From Amphiscolops sp. MND2022 (lineage: Eukaryota), in the NCBI GenBank assembly GCA_964187785.1, contig OZ076415.1:41602001-41666000 (forward strand): a stretch of DNA of 64,000 nt. Direction: 5' to 3'. The position numbers and the translations under genes were made by a program. This document shows, piece by piece, positions 36,248 through 51,400 of this stretch. The notes beneath the pieces were generated by a model. The model had not been told where the DNA came from. It worked only from the letters and a program-made list of their open reading frames with translations, and ran no database searches. Each line of letters opens with the position of its first letter. The stretch's first letter is position 1.

Positions 36248-39200
36248 AGTTTTGCAAAACACGTCAAAAATTAGGCAGAAGGTTGCAAAACTTGCGGAAA
36301 AGACGAAGGAGTACCTAACAAACCAAAAATACCCGAGTTATTCAATTTGCCGGGATGGGACCTTGATCAAGAAGACGCCGTGCAGAACAACCTGCTAGCA
36401 AAATCCGCCGACCGGGTGGCGGATACCAGACCATGATGACGGCAATTTGATGTCTTTCCAAGATTTCTGTTCGCCTACCGGCTGAATGAGGGTAACTAGT
36501 TCAAATGCAGCCAAGTTGGTAATTGTATGATGACAAAGCATCCATGTTTGCCGACAATTCTCAATGCCCACAAAAAGTCAGCATATACGTCGAAGATAAG
36601 AGCGAAAATTACACGAATTTTAGGAACAGCAGTCAAATGTGCTTCTACCAAAATCCCGAAAACAATTGGCAAGGTTGAAAGGACGCAAGCATCTCTCAAG
36701 ACAAACTTGAAAAAGGCCTCAAAATGCCGACACCAGTGGCACAAATACTTGCCACTAGCAGTGCTAAATTTAAGTACTACCTGTCATTCTAGTAAGGAAT
36801 GTGAGCCATGCAAGGACGTTCATAGACGAACTCTCTACAACGTCCTAGACTAACCCCAATAGGGTTTAACGCCGAATTAACCCGCTACACATTCTGCCAA
36901 CGATCGAAATTACGGAAAAATTGCAGCAAAGGACGAAAACACTGATCTTCAAAACAAAACAAAGTGTAAAGCAGTCCTATCTGAAGGATAAAGAATGTTA
37001 CCCCAGTTAGGCCAAAGCTGCTCCGCTGAAACAAAAAATTATCTGCTTGATTATACTACCTAAAGCAGACAACCAAGTGTCAAAAATACGGTTTCGGGAC
37101 TCTAGTTAGACTAGTCTCCCACGTCCTTGAAACAATTTTGCCTAGTGATAACTAAATAGATCGTCGTCCCAAGACTCAAAAGCGTTGTCCCAAACACTCC
37201 CTCGGAGGATATTTATCGTAAACAGAAATTACAACCCTACGAGAAAATAGTAAGACCACAAGACGACTGGTATACTATCTCATGGGATCCTTACAGTGGG
37301 GTAACCGGCAAGTACAACTGATAGTCAAAATAGTACGACAGAAATGGTTTGAAGTAGTTTTCAAAGTTTACCGAGAATACAAGTATGTAAACTAAGCAAA
37401 AGTGTACAACGTAAAGATATTTTGTAATATCAGCTCAACGGACCAATAGCGTTGCCGCTTGGATGGCGTATTTTCGCTCAAGCCAATAAAAATGATTTTT
37501 GTGACGTCATTAGCTAGAGAATTATAATGATTTCTGAGGTCGAGCTATAGCTAATCTTAATACACACGGTGGCATAACGTTGCAATTGTAAAATTGGCTC
37601 TTTTAGCATAAAGGTTTAAACTTTATATGGAAAAAAAAATTTCGCACGAAAGGATGGAGTTTATAAGATTTGTAAAAGGATCTTAATTATTCAAAACGTT
37701 GTATTTCAGGATAAATGATGACTTTGTTTCTCCATTTCTAGAGATGTGTAATCGTCGCCATTTTCGATGGTATACCTTTGTCACGATCTTTAAAAACTTT
37801 TAGCTTGGAAATTGAGTAGCTGTTCACGTCAGCGAGTCTCATCGATAGAAATCTGAGTAGACTTTTATAATGCCACAATTTTACCGTCAAAAAATGATGT
37901 ATGAAAAGTTGAACAAAAATTGTTTCCATAAAAAGGACGATGATTAAGCACCTTTAGTGAACACATCCGACTTTTAGGATTCCTCGGAGTTTTTAGGTGA
38001 GGAACAAGCAATGCTAGAAAGGTATTAAACTGTTGAAATGTAAAAGTTTTCTCAGTTATTAAGTACCGTTTTACAATCATTGTTTGAAAATCAACTTCTT
38101 CAAAAAAATCAAAATATCCAAAGATTCTTTCTTTGCTTCAATCGAAAATGACAACTAGTAATCAGAAAAGAAACGCTGTTGAAGAACTAGTCTCGGAAGA
38201 CCTTGAAGTTCCAACAACTGATAATATTGCCGCAAAAAATCCTATCGATGGCTCTAGTCAATCTCGAAGAATACAGCTCGAAAACCTCGACGATAATAAA
38301 GCGTCTCTCAGAATGGAAGTCATGTCTGATCTCACTGAAATTTTAGCTGGAAATCAAAGAAAAAGTTGAAATTGATTGCTCCTACTGTTAAGAAAACTTC
38401 CAATCCCCAAAACTTGGAAGACTCTGATTCCCTAGCTGAAAATTCCTACAGCGTAACTACATCGACACCTATAAAATAAAGACTGTTCAGAAAAATACTC
38501 CGTAAGTCAGTCTAACACTATGCACCTCGGGATGTTCTCCGCTTTCATTTGGCTAACAATAGACACTTATCGATAAGTTACCTCCTTCGAGGATATAGCG
38601 TCAAAGTTCGAAGAGAACGCAATATTATAGACCGCCTCCTCTGTAGTAAAACACAATTAACTTCTTTATATTAACTCCCAGTAACAGTGACAGACGATTT
38701 CGCAGACAAAACGCAATAAATTTACACAAATTCAATTCACACAACAGTCCCAGGGACAGGGCTCTCAAATCTTAATAAAAATTACAGGGGTTCCTTTTTG
38801 CGTTTTGCGGTCAAACAAAAATTACATCTGTTCTGATAACTTGCTTACTTTTGACTTTTGATATTTTCTGAAATTTATCACATAATATCTCGACAACGGC
38901 CGTTAGTACCAAAAAACGCATCAAATTTTGTACCTTTGATTCCGATTTACGATTTTCAACTTTCACTCTGAGAAAAATATGTTTCGGCGTAATCACAATC
39001 GTTTTTGGCTGTTCATTTGGCCACTTGATTTTGAAATATTGCGTAATGAAGTTCCAAAAAGTCCAAGACTCCTCAAATCAAAATGCCACGTGATATAACT
39101 TTTGAAAGTTTGATTCGACTTCGAAACAAAATATAAAGATCAAAGTTAGATAGACGCTTGCTGCTGATATTTGAAAATTTTGGTTAGCCAAATCGAGTGT

Positions 39201-39432
39201 CTTTAGCTTTTTGGTAACCTCTTTGTACCAGAAATATCAAGCTCTGAAAACAAGATCCTTCGAACTTAAAACACATTATATGCATATCTTTGACTCGAAA
39301 CGTTTCCGAAGCCAAATTGACGCTGCTCAACGTTTTGGGTCTACTTTGAAATTTCGTAGAGTTCTTCGACTTGGTTTTGCGTTGTTGTGACTAAAGAAGA
39401 ATTACTTTGTGAATTTTTAGACGCCAATCAAG

Positions 39433-42400
39433 ATGAACCCCAACGTTCTATTTGGAGCTTGTCTAGCAGTGGTAGTTCTTTCCTTCATCAGCTGGCTGTG
39501 TTCCCTGATTGGACATTGTAATGAGATTGTGACGTTTGAAACACGCGAAGTTAAAATCCACGCGGGGCTTTGGGTTGTATGCAATTCTGCTAGGTGTGAA
39601 GCTTTGGGTTAGCCATTACATTCGTTGTTTCTTGTATCAGCTCTGGAATAGCATTTTTCTTGTTGTAGAAACTTTTAGTTCAAATTGGGATTCCAGGGTA
39701 GCCCACCTGCCCATCTATTAGTCTTCAGTAGAACGTCGCATTTTCATTATTAGCCCGTCCAGACGACCGGCACTTTTACGGGCAAGTACCATTCTCAGTA
39801 TGGCTGTCAAACATCCATCTTAAAGAAGCACAGTTTGAGCGAATGCATTTTTGGTGGTTTGTGAATTCAGTTCAGCCGTACAAAAACTACAGGAAAGAAA
39901 CCCACGCAAAATACCGAATCACCGATGTATGTTCATTGTTTGGTAACAATGCTACACCATAACGTTTTATGGAAAACGTAGAGGTCATACAATGATCTTA
40001 TACTGTCGCAGCCTGTAGCTTGCGTCGGGTACGTTGTGCAGCTTTAGAGGCAAATACTTCAACCCGTTTGCAGAAACTTTGCCAAAACTCATTATCTCTT
40101 CAAACTTACATAATTTAATCTCGTTTGTGATACTTTAACACCAGCAATATTAGAACTCATTTGTTACAAACACTGAATAAACTCCACTACTGATGCTAGA
40201 TAACGTGTAATCATACATGTAAAACGAGATAAACATTCAGATTACACATAATGTTATCCCATTCATTTATTCGTCAAATGAATAAATTATACTTACGTTT
40301 CATACAACTAGTTTGCATTGGACTTAAAAATTCAACCAAGCTGCCGGTTTTGATTTGCGGCATAATGCAGTACATTTTCGTTCCTTTGGTACAATAATTG
40401 TGATTTTTGCAGTATGACTCAAAAGCACCCGATACGATTTTGCTAACTAAGTATAATACATAGGACAGATGACTTATACTGTATGTTACAACCATTTCAT
40501 TGATGTCTTTTGTTAACGGTACATCTTATGCAGTGACAAATCAGAAGGCAGAATGTTATGTCATGTATGATGCTATTTATAAATATTATGTCATGTAAAA
40601 GCCTATTTATATGAATAATGGGGCGCTATTTCTAGAAATTATTTAACAATGATGCAAGGATGATTTGATGACAAACGACTGTCATGTTGCTAAAAATATG
40701 CCCCGATAAGCTGAAGAGTTAGGAAAGCCTCATAAAAATTCATATCTCAACAAAACTACTAAACTGTTCAGACCTATTTCCGCACCTCTTTGAGACTAAC
40801 AACGGACAGTTTATCGAATAACAATATCTGTTTCATCTAGATAATCTAATGTTATGTATAACTTCTGCAACTTTTTTTCCAAATCTACTTCATTTCATCT
40901 TCCAACTTAATTGAAATTCTTCTCTCGAACAAAAAATATTTCAACCTAACTGAGATAAGTAGGAATAGAAAGAGAAGATCCCGACGCGTACAATCACCTT
41001 CACTTGAGAGAGACTTGAGAGCGTCAGAATAGAAGTATCACGAGGTAATGAGACTATTATTGAGACTCTTAAAAGTTTTGATAACGATAGTTCAGTTAGG
41101 GACAAAAGTACAATTTTAATTGATCCAACAAAAAATGGGATAGTGATGCAAGTATGGACGCAGAGAGTAACAGACAACACGAATAAAGAAATGGCAGAAG
41201 TAGAGAAAGATTTGGATTGCAGCTAGAAAAGATGTTGAGAGAACAAAAAAACAAGGACCCAAACAGTTCCAAGTAGAAAAAACAATGGACAAACTACGTC
41301 GAGAATAGAAACACCCAAACACATAGACAATGACGACGATGAATCAAACGCATCTGATACCGGAAATCAAGAAAAGGGAATACAGGATAATCCTTTCAGG
41401 CCATCAAAAACAAACGAACTCAGAACGCCAATTCAACCTATTTCCATTCAAAACCTAGACTTAGATGATACCATAATCATAGATAAAGACCGTACAGGAG
41501 AGGATTATCACATGGTGACAGGAGCTACTAAACCATTACATCGTCAAAGCTCAAACAATACAGCAAAAACACACAACGAAAATCTGATAGCTGAACCACT
41601 CAACGCTCAGCAAGACCCCGTTAATCAAACAGTTCTAGGTATTGAGAAATTACCAAAAAACAAAACCATCGTTTTTTCACCCGAGAATACACTCATTTTC
41701 AACGGGAATATAGAAAAGACTGAGAAATTTGAATATTTCGAAGACCTTTTTCACACGACACTCAAAATGGAACTTACGATAAACGAGGAAACGAAAATCA
41801 TTTCGACGCACACCTGTGCGGATTGGCAAACAAGTAAAAACATCCAACGATCACCAACCACTACACTTGAAGAACACTATCCTGGTGTTCCGCAGGAAAA
41901 ACGTTAAGCCAAAATCTAGTGCGTCTGCAAAACATAGATTTCATCGCTTAGTGTTTGACCCGGAAGGACAAGAACTACCAGATGTCCTTGAATAATTACA
42001 AGAAAGCGCCGAAAAAGCATTCAGTGATCTTGTATCACAAATGATAGAAAGCCTACTATATGCAAAAATGCCATCACACTTGAAACGCTCCATCAATCAA
42101 ATCTATCTGGAAAAAAATGGAACGTATGAACAAATTGTTTGACTTTCCGATTGTGAAATGGAATTAAATGGACTAGAATTGGACAAAAAAGGCGTTAAAA
42201 CGCAAAGGACACCGACGAGAAAACAACCAGAAGACAAACCAAAACAGCTGAAAAGTTCCACACGGAAAAAGAAACAACAAACACCGAAAACAGTGCCCAA
42301 AAACACATTACAAGACTATCAATGTAAACACAGGACACAAAGCGAACGACTGCACCGAAATGGCAAAACGGCGCAATGTCGTACGAAGAAGATCCTGATG

Positions 42401-45400
42401 CTGTCGAATGTACGCACCAATCTGCTACTTCGGTGCAAATATGAAACACCGCCCCTCCGAAGTGGATGCTAACAGAAACGCAGAAAAAACTCATTGAAAA
42501 CTATTCCAACAAGCACATCAACCCAGGAGCATCCCAAACACAACCTTCATTTTTGAAGGTTTTTTACTTTTTACTAGTACAGCCACGCCTCAACAAACCC
42601 GAGGAGAAAGATGATCGACAGCCTGCAACTCCTCATTCGATAAAAACAGGTACTTTCACAAAACATACAGACTTACAGACCTATGACACTCAACGAAAGG
42701 ATAAATGCCACGTGATATAACTTTTGAAAGTTTGATTCGACTTCGAAACAAACCATAAAGATCAAAATTAGACAGACGCTTGCTGCTGATATTTGAAAAT
42801 TTTGGTTAGCCAAATCGAGTGTCTTTAGCTTTTTGGTAAACTCTTTGTACCAGAAATATCAAGCTCTGAAAACAAGATCCTTTCCCAACATTTTACAAAA
42901 ATGCCCCCAATAAATACAAAATAGAAACTCCTGATAACACTAATAACGAACCTCCCAACAATCTGTATGACCCTAAAACGCAACAATCACCAAAAAGACA
43001 ACTGAAACTCTTCCAAAAGACAAAATTGAACCTCCACAAACAATTGAGACATCAGAAGTATCAACCGAACCTGCATCATCGCAAAAATTGTTCCTCAAAG
43101 ATAACAAAATCCAAAATCATCTTACCATCAACAAAGAAACAGATACTTTTATGCTGCTTCTGTCAGCCAACCTCACGCTGAACAATAAACGTCCATTTTC
43201 CAATGGGTTTTGAGAAACTCACAGTTGACAGCTTAATCGATACTAGAGCTCTCACGAGCGCAATATGAGACACCGGTCCGGCACAGAATTTCCAAACAAT
43301 GGTAACTACCGGACAACTAGAAACACCAATGGGATCAGTCTGTCTCACTTCCGAAGTATCAGATTTCATGTTCAAAGAAAAAACATCTTTATATTGAAAG
43401 TCATACCCAATCCTCTAATTGGATTTTGAAACACAACATTGCTATTTTTGATCTCCGACAAGGAGTACAAACTTTCCCAAATTGGTCAATGCAATTGAAA
43501 CCCGAGCACAATCTCCAAACACAACAACCAACCCCACTACTCGCAGAAACAACTTTCACACTGCAACCAGGTGAAACATTTGCTTATGGCGAGCAGAGTG
43601 CCACAGCTAATAGATCATGATGCAACTGGCATCGTAACCCCATCTGCACATCTTGGAGATCATGATACACTCTTCCTAGTTTCCTCCCTCTGCACAATCA
43701 ACAATAATGCAGTAGGATACCGAATCTGTAATTTCTCAAAATTACCGTACAAAATCACAACTGACGCACAATTCGTTGATTTCCTAGTTTCAACACCGAA
43801 ACAGATGAATTTCATCGAACCGATGAACACTTCAACACTTACAATTATAATGCATCAACATACCAAAGACACCAAAGACACAGAGGTATATCTCAATGAA
43901 CTCTTCAAAGTAAATAATAAGACAAAACTGAACTCAACGAAGGAGTCAGAGGACGATTTGTTTGAAATTTACAAAAATGCCCCTGATAGATACATAATAG
44001 AAACTCCTGATAACACTAATAACGAACCTCCCAACAATTTGTATGACCCTGAAACACAACAATCACCAAAAAAGGCAATTGCAACTCTTCCAAAAGACCA
44101 ACTTGAACCTCCACAAACAATTCAGACATCAGAAACCTCAACCGAATCTGCGTCAACGCAAAAATTGCCCCTCAAAGATAACAAAATCCAAAATCATCTT
44201 ACCATCAACAAAGAAACAGATACTTATATGCTGCTTCTGTAAGCGAACCTCACGCTGAAAAATAAACGTCAATTGTAATATTTTCCAATGGATTTTGAGA
44301 AACTCACAGTTGACAGCTTAATCGATACTAGAGCTCTCACGAGCGCAATATGAGAACAAGATCTCAAAAAAATCAAACTACTAGCACCAGAGGCAATCTC
44401 CGACACCGGTCGGGCACACAATTTCCAAACGATGGTAGCCAACGGACAACTAGAAACACCGATTGGAACAGTCTGTCTCACTTCCGAAGTAGCAGATTTC
44501 ATGTTCAAAGAAAAAACATCATTATATTGAAAGCCCTACCGAATCCCCCAATTGGATTTTAATTTTTGAAACACAACATTGCTACTTTTGATCATCGACA
44601 AAGAGTACAAACTTTCCCAAATTCGTCATTGCAATTGAAACCCGAGCACAATCTCCAAACACGACAACCAACCCCATTACTCGCAGAAACAACATTCACA
44701 CTGCAACCAGGTGAAACGTTGCTTATCGCAAGAAGAGTGCCACAGCTAATAGATCATGATGCAACTGGCATCGTAACCCCATCTGCACATCTTGGAGATC
44801 ATGATACACTCTTCCTAGTTTCCTCCCTCTGCACAATCAACAATAATGCAGTAGGATACCGAATCTGTAATTTCTCAAAATTACCGTACAAAATCACAAC
44901 TGACGCACAATTCGTTGATTTCCTAGTTTCAACACCGAAACAGATGAATTTCATCGAACCGATGAACACTTCAACACTTACAATTATAATGCATCAACAT
45001 ACCAAAGACACAGAGGTATATCTCAATGAACTCTTCAAAGTGAATAATAAGACAAAATTGAACTCAACGAAGGAGTCAGAGGACGATTTGTTTGAAGTTT
45101 ACAAAAATGCCCCTGATAGATACATAATAGAAACTCCTGATAACACTAATACCGAACCTCCCAACAATCTGTATGACCCTGAAACACAACAATCACCCAA
45201 AAAGACAACTGAAACACTTCCAAAAGACAAAATTGAACCTCCACGCACAATTGAGACATCAGAATTATCAATCGAATCTGCATCGACGCAAAAATTACCC
45301 CTCAAAGATAACCAGATCCAAAATCATCTTACCATCAACAAAGAAACAGACACTTCTCAGCTGCTTCTGTCAGCGAACCTCACGCTGAAAAGTAAACGTC

Positions 45401-48400
45401 ATTTGTATTATTTTCCAATGGACTCTGAGAAACTTACACTTGACGGTTTAATCGATACTAGAGCTCTCACAAGCGCAATATGAGACACCGGTCCGGTACA
45501 GAATTTCCAAACAATGGTAACTACTGGACAACTAGAAACACCAATGGGATCAGTCTGTCTCACTTCCGAAGTATCAGATTTCATGTTCAAAGAAAAAACA
45601 TCCTTATATTGAAAGTCATACCCAATTCTCTAATTGGATTTTGAAACACAACATTGCTATTTTTGATCTCCGACAAGGAGTACAAACTTTCCCAAATTGG
45701 TCAATGCAATTGAAACCCGAGCACAATCTCCAAACACAACAACCAACCCCACTACTCGCAGAAACAACTTTCACACTGCAACCAGGTGAAACATTTGCTT
45801 ATGGCGAGCAGAGTGCCACAGCTAATAGATCATGATGCAACTGGCATCGTAACCCCATCTGCACATCTTGGAGATCATGATACACTCTTCCTAGTTTCCT
45901 CCCTCTGCACAATCAACAATAATGCAGTAGGATACCGAATCTGTAATTTCTCAAACTTACCGTACAAAATCACAACTGACGCACAATTCGTTGATTTCCT
46001 AGTTTCAACACCGAAACAGATGAATTTCATCGAACCGACTTCAACACTTACAATTATAATGCATCAACATACCAAAGACACAGAGGTATATCTCAATGAA
46101 CTCTTCAAAATAAATAATAAGACAAAACTGAACTCAACGAAGGAGTCAGAGGACGATTTGTTTGAAATTTACAAAAATGCCCCTGATAAATACATAATAG
46201 AAACTCCTGATAACACTAATACCGAACCTCCCAACAATTTGTATGTCCCTGAAACACAACAATCACCAAAAAAGACAATTGCAACTCTTCCAAAAGACCA
46301 ACTTGAACCTCCACAAACAATTGAGACATCAGAAACCTCAACCGAATCTGCATCAACGCAAAAATTGCCCCTCAAAGATAACAAAATCCAAAATCATCTT
46401 ACCATCAACAAAGAACAGATACTTCTATGCTGCTTCTGTCAGCGAACCTCACGCTGAAAAATAAACGTCAATTGTAATATTTTCCAATGGATTTTGAGAA
46501 ACTCACAGTTGACAGCTTAATCGATACTAGAGCTCTCACGAGCGCAATATGAGAACAAGATCTCAAAAAAATCAAACTACTAGCACCAGAGGCAATCTCC
46601 GACACCGGTCGGGCACACAATTTCCAAACAATGATAGCTAAATGGATTTTGCTTTTTGAAACACAACATTGCTATTTTTGATCTCCGACAAGGAGTACAA
46701 ACTTTCCAAAATTTGTTGATGCAAGTGAAGCCCGAGCACAATCTCCAAACACGACAATCAACCCCACTACTTGCAGAAACAACGTACACACTGCAACCAG
46801 GTGAAACGTTGCTTGTCGCACGCAGAGTGCCACAGCTAAAAGATCATGATGCAGCTGGCATCGTAAACCCATCTGCACATCTTGGACATCATGATACACT
46901 CTTCCTATTTTCCTCCCTCTGCACAATCAACGATAATGCAATAGGATACCGAATCTGTAATTTCTCAGAATTACCGTACAGAATCACAACTGACACACAT
47001 TTCGCCCGATTTCCTAGCTTCAACACCGAAACAGATGAATTTCATCAAACCGATTAACCTTTCAACAAACGATTAACCCTTCAACATATATAATGCATCA
47101 ACATACCAAAGACACAGTGGTATACCTCAATGAACTCTTCAAAGTGAATAAAAAGACAAAACTGAACAGTATTGGTTTCCGACTCCAGAACAACCAGGCG
47201 ACCTGACAACATACACACCAACCTTAAAACCAAAATTTGATGAACTAGTAGAACTACAAGCACTAAAAAACTCAACCCAGACGATGATGAGAAATCACGA
47301 AAACAGTTCTTTGACCATTTGAAATCGAAAGATATTACACTCACCCCTTTTGAATGAGCAATTTTCGTCAACTTCAAGATATCTTCGCAGGACACAAGTT
47401 TGACATTGGGACAAACAGAGACTTTAAAGTCAAACTCACATCATATGATAATCGACCAGCATACAGCCAAAGTCCTCAAACACCTAAAAACATAAAAGAT
47501 GACATTACAGTAGAACTTGCACTACTTCACAAGTAATAATAACAACATTACTCTCTCGGAATATGCGAGTCCAATTTTTGCACAAAAAAGTCAATGGCAG
47601 ATTGTAACTCTTAGTAAATCTGCGGAAAACTAAAAACCTAATAACTAAAATTACGTGAACAACAACCACCAGGTCAGTACCCTCTCTGGCACTGCCCAAA
47701 ACGGCAGGAAAGAAGCCATTTTGTAAGCTCCATTGTTCTCAAGCTCTCCAAAGAGCACACAATCAATCAATCAAAATGCTCGCCCTTAATTTTGCTAGTC
47801 GAACTTTTGCATATCGGCGATTAGCACATAGTCTTGGTCGATCACTGTCAACATTCTCATGTTTCATCAGAGAATACTTGGACAGACCAATGCGCACAAG
47901 ATGTAGATGATGTTGAAATCTCAGCCAATACATTGCAATACAATGTATGCAATTGGGCGCCAACATCTGAGTGGTCTTCCAACGCATTAGAAACGCAGGA
48001 CTGAAATTGTCAATGTTCAAATGCCATGTTGGCGTTAACCAAGTAGACTTCTTTGGCAGGACAATGACACCCGATAGAGTATCAAGTTGACAAAGTCAAA
48101 ACCTTCTTGGAGAAACTCTTTTTCCAAAATCCAGAAAAAAGACCCAAAAGACAGATTGAATGTGTGAAGTACTACAAAAATTATATACCACGACTCTCCA
48201 AAGACTAAAACCTTTCTTCAAACTACTCAAAGAAACGATCAAATTCTACATTTCAAACGATCTTACAACAAATTTTGAAAAACGCAACAAACTTGTCTTA
48301 CAATCGTACCAAATGGCACTAAAACAGCCACTCAAAGACAAACAATTTTTCTTCATGTCGAATACAAGCTTTACAGCAGCAGGACACGCTATCATGATCG

Positions 48401-51400
48401 AAGATGACCCTCAACAAAAACTCCAATCAAAACGAAAAACAACATACGCACCAATAACCTTTGGTTCGAAAACATTTTACCACATCCAGCTGGAATTGTC
48501 TATCTACGCAAACGAGTTTCTAGCCATCTTCTTCGCCCTTTCTGAATTTGGACATCACATCGTTTGTGGGGATTACTTTCACAGTAATCGTCTTCACTGA
48601 CAATTGAGCAGTGACTAGATTCCTTCAATCAAAAATCATACCTCCCGCTCTTCGGAATGCATGTGACTTTGTAATACAATAAAACTTCGTCATAACTGAC
48701 GTGGCAGGATCAATGAATACAGCAGTTGGGAAAAGACCAACTAAGACAAATCAAAATGAACCTCAGAAATGACATACAAACAAAAGCCATAGAAGTGAAT
48801 TTCCAATCCTCAGGTATAACCGAAGAAGAACCATTTAACCTTCTGCCTGAGGACGGAATTGATGAAGCATTGGGAAGAAAAAGACACCGTTTGCAATCCA
48901 GCACGAACAGAAACACTCCATGAATCAGATAACAAAGCTACGGAACTACAGCATTTCCATAAACCAACAGCTGATTTCTTCAATTATCGAAAAGCACACT
49001 TCTGCGATGACGCAACAATCCACCTAGAACAAAACAGCGATTCAGTCCTTTGAATTCTTGGAGCCAAAATTGAAGGAGAACCATATGATGAATGACCGTT
49101 CACCGAAGTCAATCGATACCAACACTATCTACAATTTATACAACTTCTTGAAATTCGGCAAGATATTTTAGCACGAAGGTGCTACAATGAGAATGGAAAA
49201 ATCTCCCATTATCAAATATTACTCCCGAAATAACTCTCAGATGAACTCCTACAAGCACTACATGGACATAACGCTAATCATCCTGGAATAACGAAGATGA
49301 TCCAGGAAGCCCAACAAAACATTATTACCTTTGCTTCGAAAAATACATCAAAAATTGGATACAAACTTGCCAAAGGTGCATTCAAAACAAGAGAATCAAC
49401 AATGACCTATTCAAAAAAGGACTTCTCAATTGTCCAGTGGGGGACCGTGGTTCAGAAGACGTACTTCAAACGGATATCCTACCAAATCTTCAACCTAGCG
49501 GTGAATTTGACAATATATTCGCAGCAATTGATGTCTTTTCAAATTTTTTTATTTGCATATCCAATAACCCGAATTACAGCCCTCGCAGTTACAAGAGTTT
49601 CTAAGGACATATTGTGTGAACACACGTATTTGCCAACGACAAGAAGAACTGTCATGAACACGCAATTCAATTCACAAGTAACCCAAAAAGTAGCTACAGT
49701 ACTGGAGTTGAAATAAAACATGCATCAACAAAACATGCGCAGACAATTCCTATGTTAGAACGCACTCATGCTAAAGTAAAAACACACTTGAAGGCATCAA
49801 CTGGCGACTTCCCACATAATTGGCACAACTTTTTGCCACTGGCCGTTCTCAATCACAACACATACCACCCAAGTTTAGCATGCGAACCAACTCGAGTATT
49901 CCACTGCATAATACCACATAACAATTCAGACTACAAGCTAGGCTACAACCCAAACCCAAGATATACTCCGCAATCTGATATTGCAGAGCAAGTACAACGC
50001 AGAATGACGCTATGGAATGATCAAACTAAAAAGAATAGCATGCAGTCATACTAAAATATAAAGCATATTAAGACAGCAAAGCAAAAACCTCACCGCTAAC
50101 AACGACAGACTACTGCTACATACTGAACTCGAGAGCAGACACGCAACCAACAAAAATTCCTTTCCGAGTATTTAGATGGAGCGGCCACTACAAAGTTGAA
50201 AAAGTATTGCCTAACAAAAATTACATTGTACGCAGATTAGGGACCAACAAACCACAACTGCTGCACAGGATACGTTTACGAAAATATACACCTAGCGCAC
50301 CGCCCGCCAGCAGATAATTTTGTCAGGGAAACAGACTGAAAAACAGACGATAACAAAACAATGACACATGACGATTTGTAAGCCCACACCTGGGTTACAA
50401 ATTTTGGAACAAACCCATTTGATATTGAACTCCCCCATCACGATCAGGATGATGTACAAGAATATGTTCCGATACCTCCCCACCCACCCTCGAAATTCCA
50501 AAAAAGGGAGAGCCCCGCTAGGATAAACTACCGTGCCGAATGAAGAAAGGCCAACTGATAATGTAGACAATGAAGTTAATAAAAATGAAGAAAAGTTGAA
50601 TGAACAACCTAATGCTAATAATGATGCAGAAACATCCCAGAAAAAACAGATGAAAATCAAAGGACAACAAAATCAGAAGATCATGATGAAAAAGAGAAAA
50701 ACCCCTACCAATATACGTATTGAAAAGTACAAACTACGACCTAACCCCAACCCCAATTTCTCAGACTCCTACAGATACTAATAACAAAAGCAATGCAAAC
50801 TCAACTTGTTAGCTTCCCTTCAAAATAAATAGAGAATACAAGAGGCAGCAAACTGACAAAAAGTATAACTCAGAACGAAACCAAAGATCAAAGAAACAGT
50901 TAGAAAATATGGCAGAACCAGTATTGAATGGACACTGTATATGAACGACGGCCCTTCTCAACTTACTTCTTTCCTATCTTTTTCTTGCTACAAAAAACAG
51001 AGACAGAAGCAGGAGGAAGCTCAAGGAAAGGAATATCCGCAAGACTTCGAGCAACAGAAGAAACAGTAGAAGTGACTTCAGCAGGCAGATTAAAGGTCAC
51101 GGGAGAAAACTTCACAGGGAAGTTGCTAACACTGCTCCCTCGACTAGAGCGAAGACTAGGCTCTTTCTCGGCAGTAATTAATGCCCGTTCCTCAATAGTA
51201 GCGTTTTTGGCATAGGAAGTCTCCGAAGAAAAGCGAAATCAAATCTTTAGGAAGTAAGTGGACGACAAAACGTTCCAAACAGAGAGAGTATTATTCTCGT
51301 CCTTGATTTAATAAGTCAATCGTTCGAGGAAGTGCAGTGGGGCCATGAATATAATTCTACTTTCGGTATGGAGCTGTTAGAGCGTTGAAAGCTCCTTACA

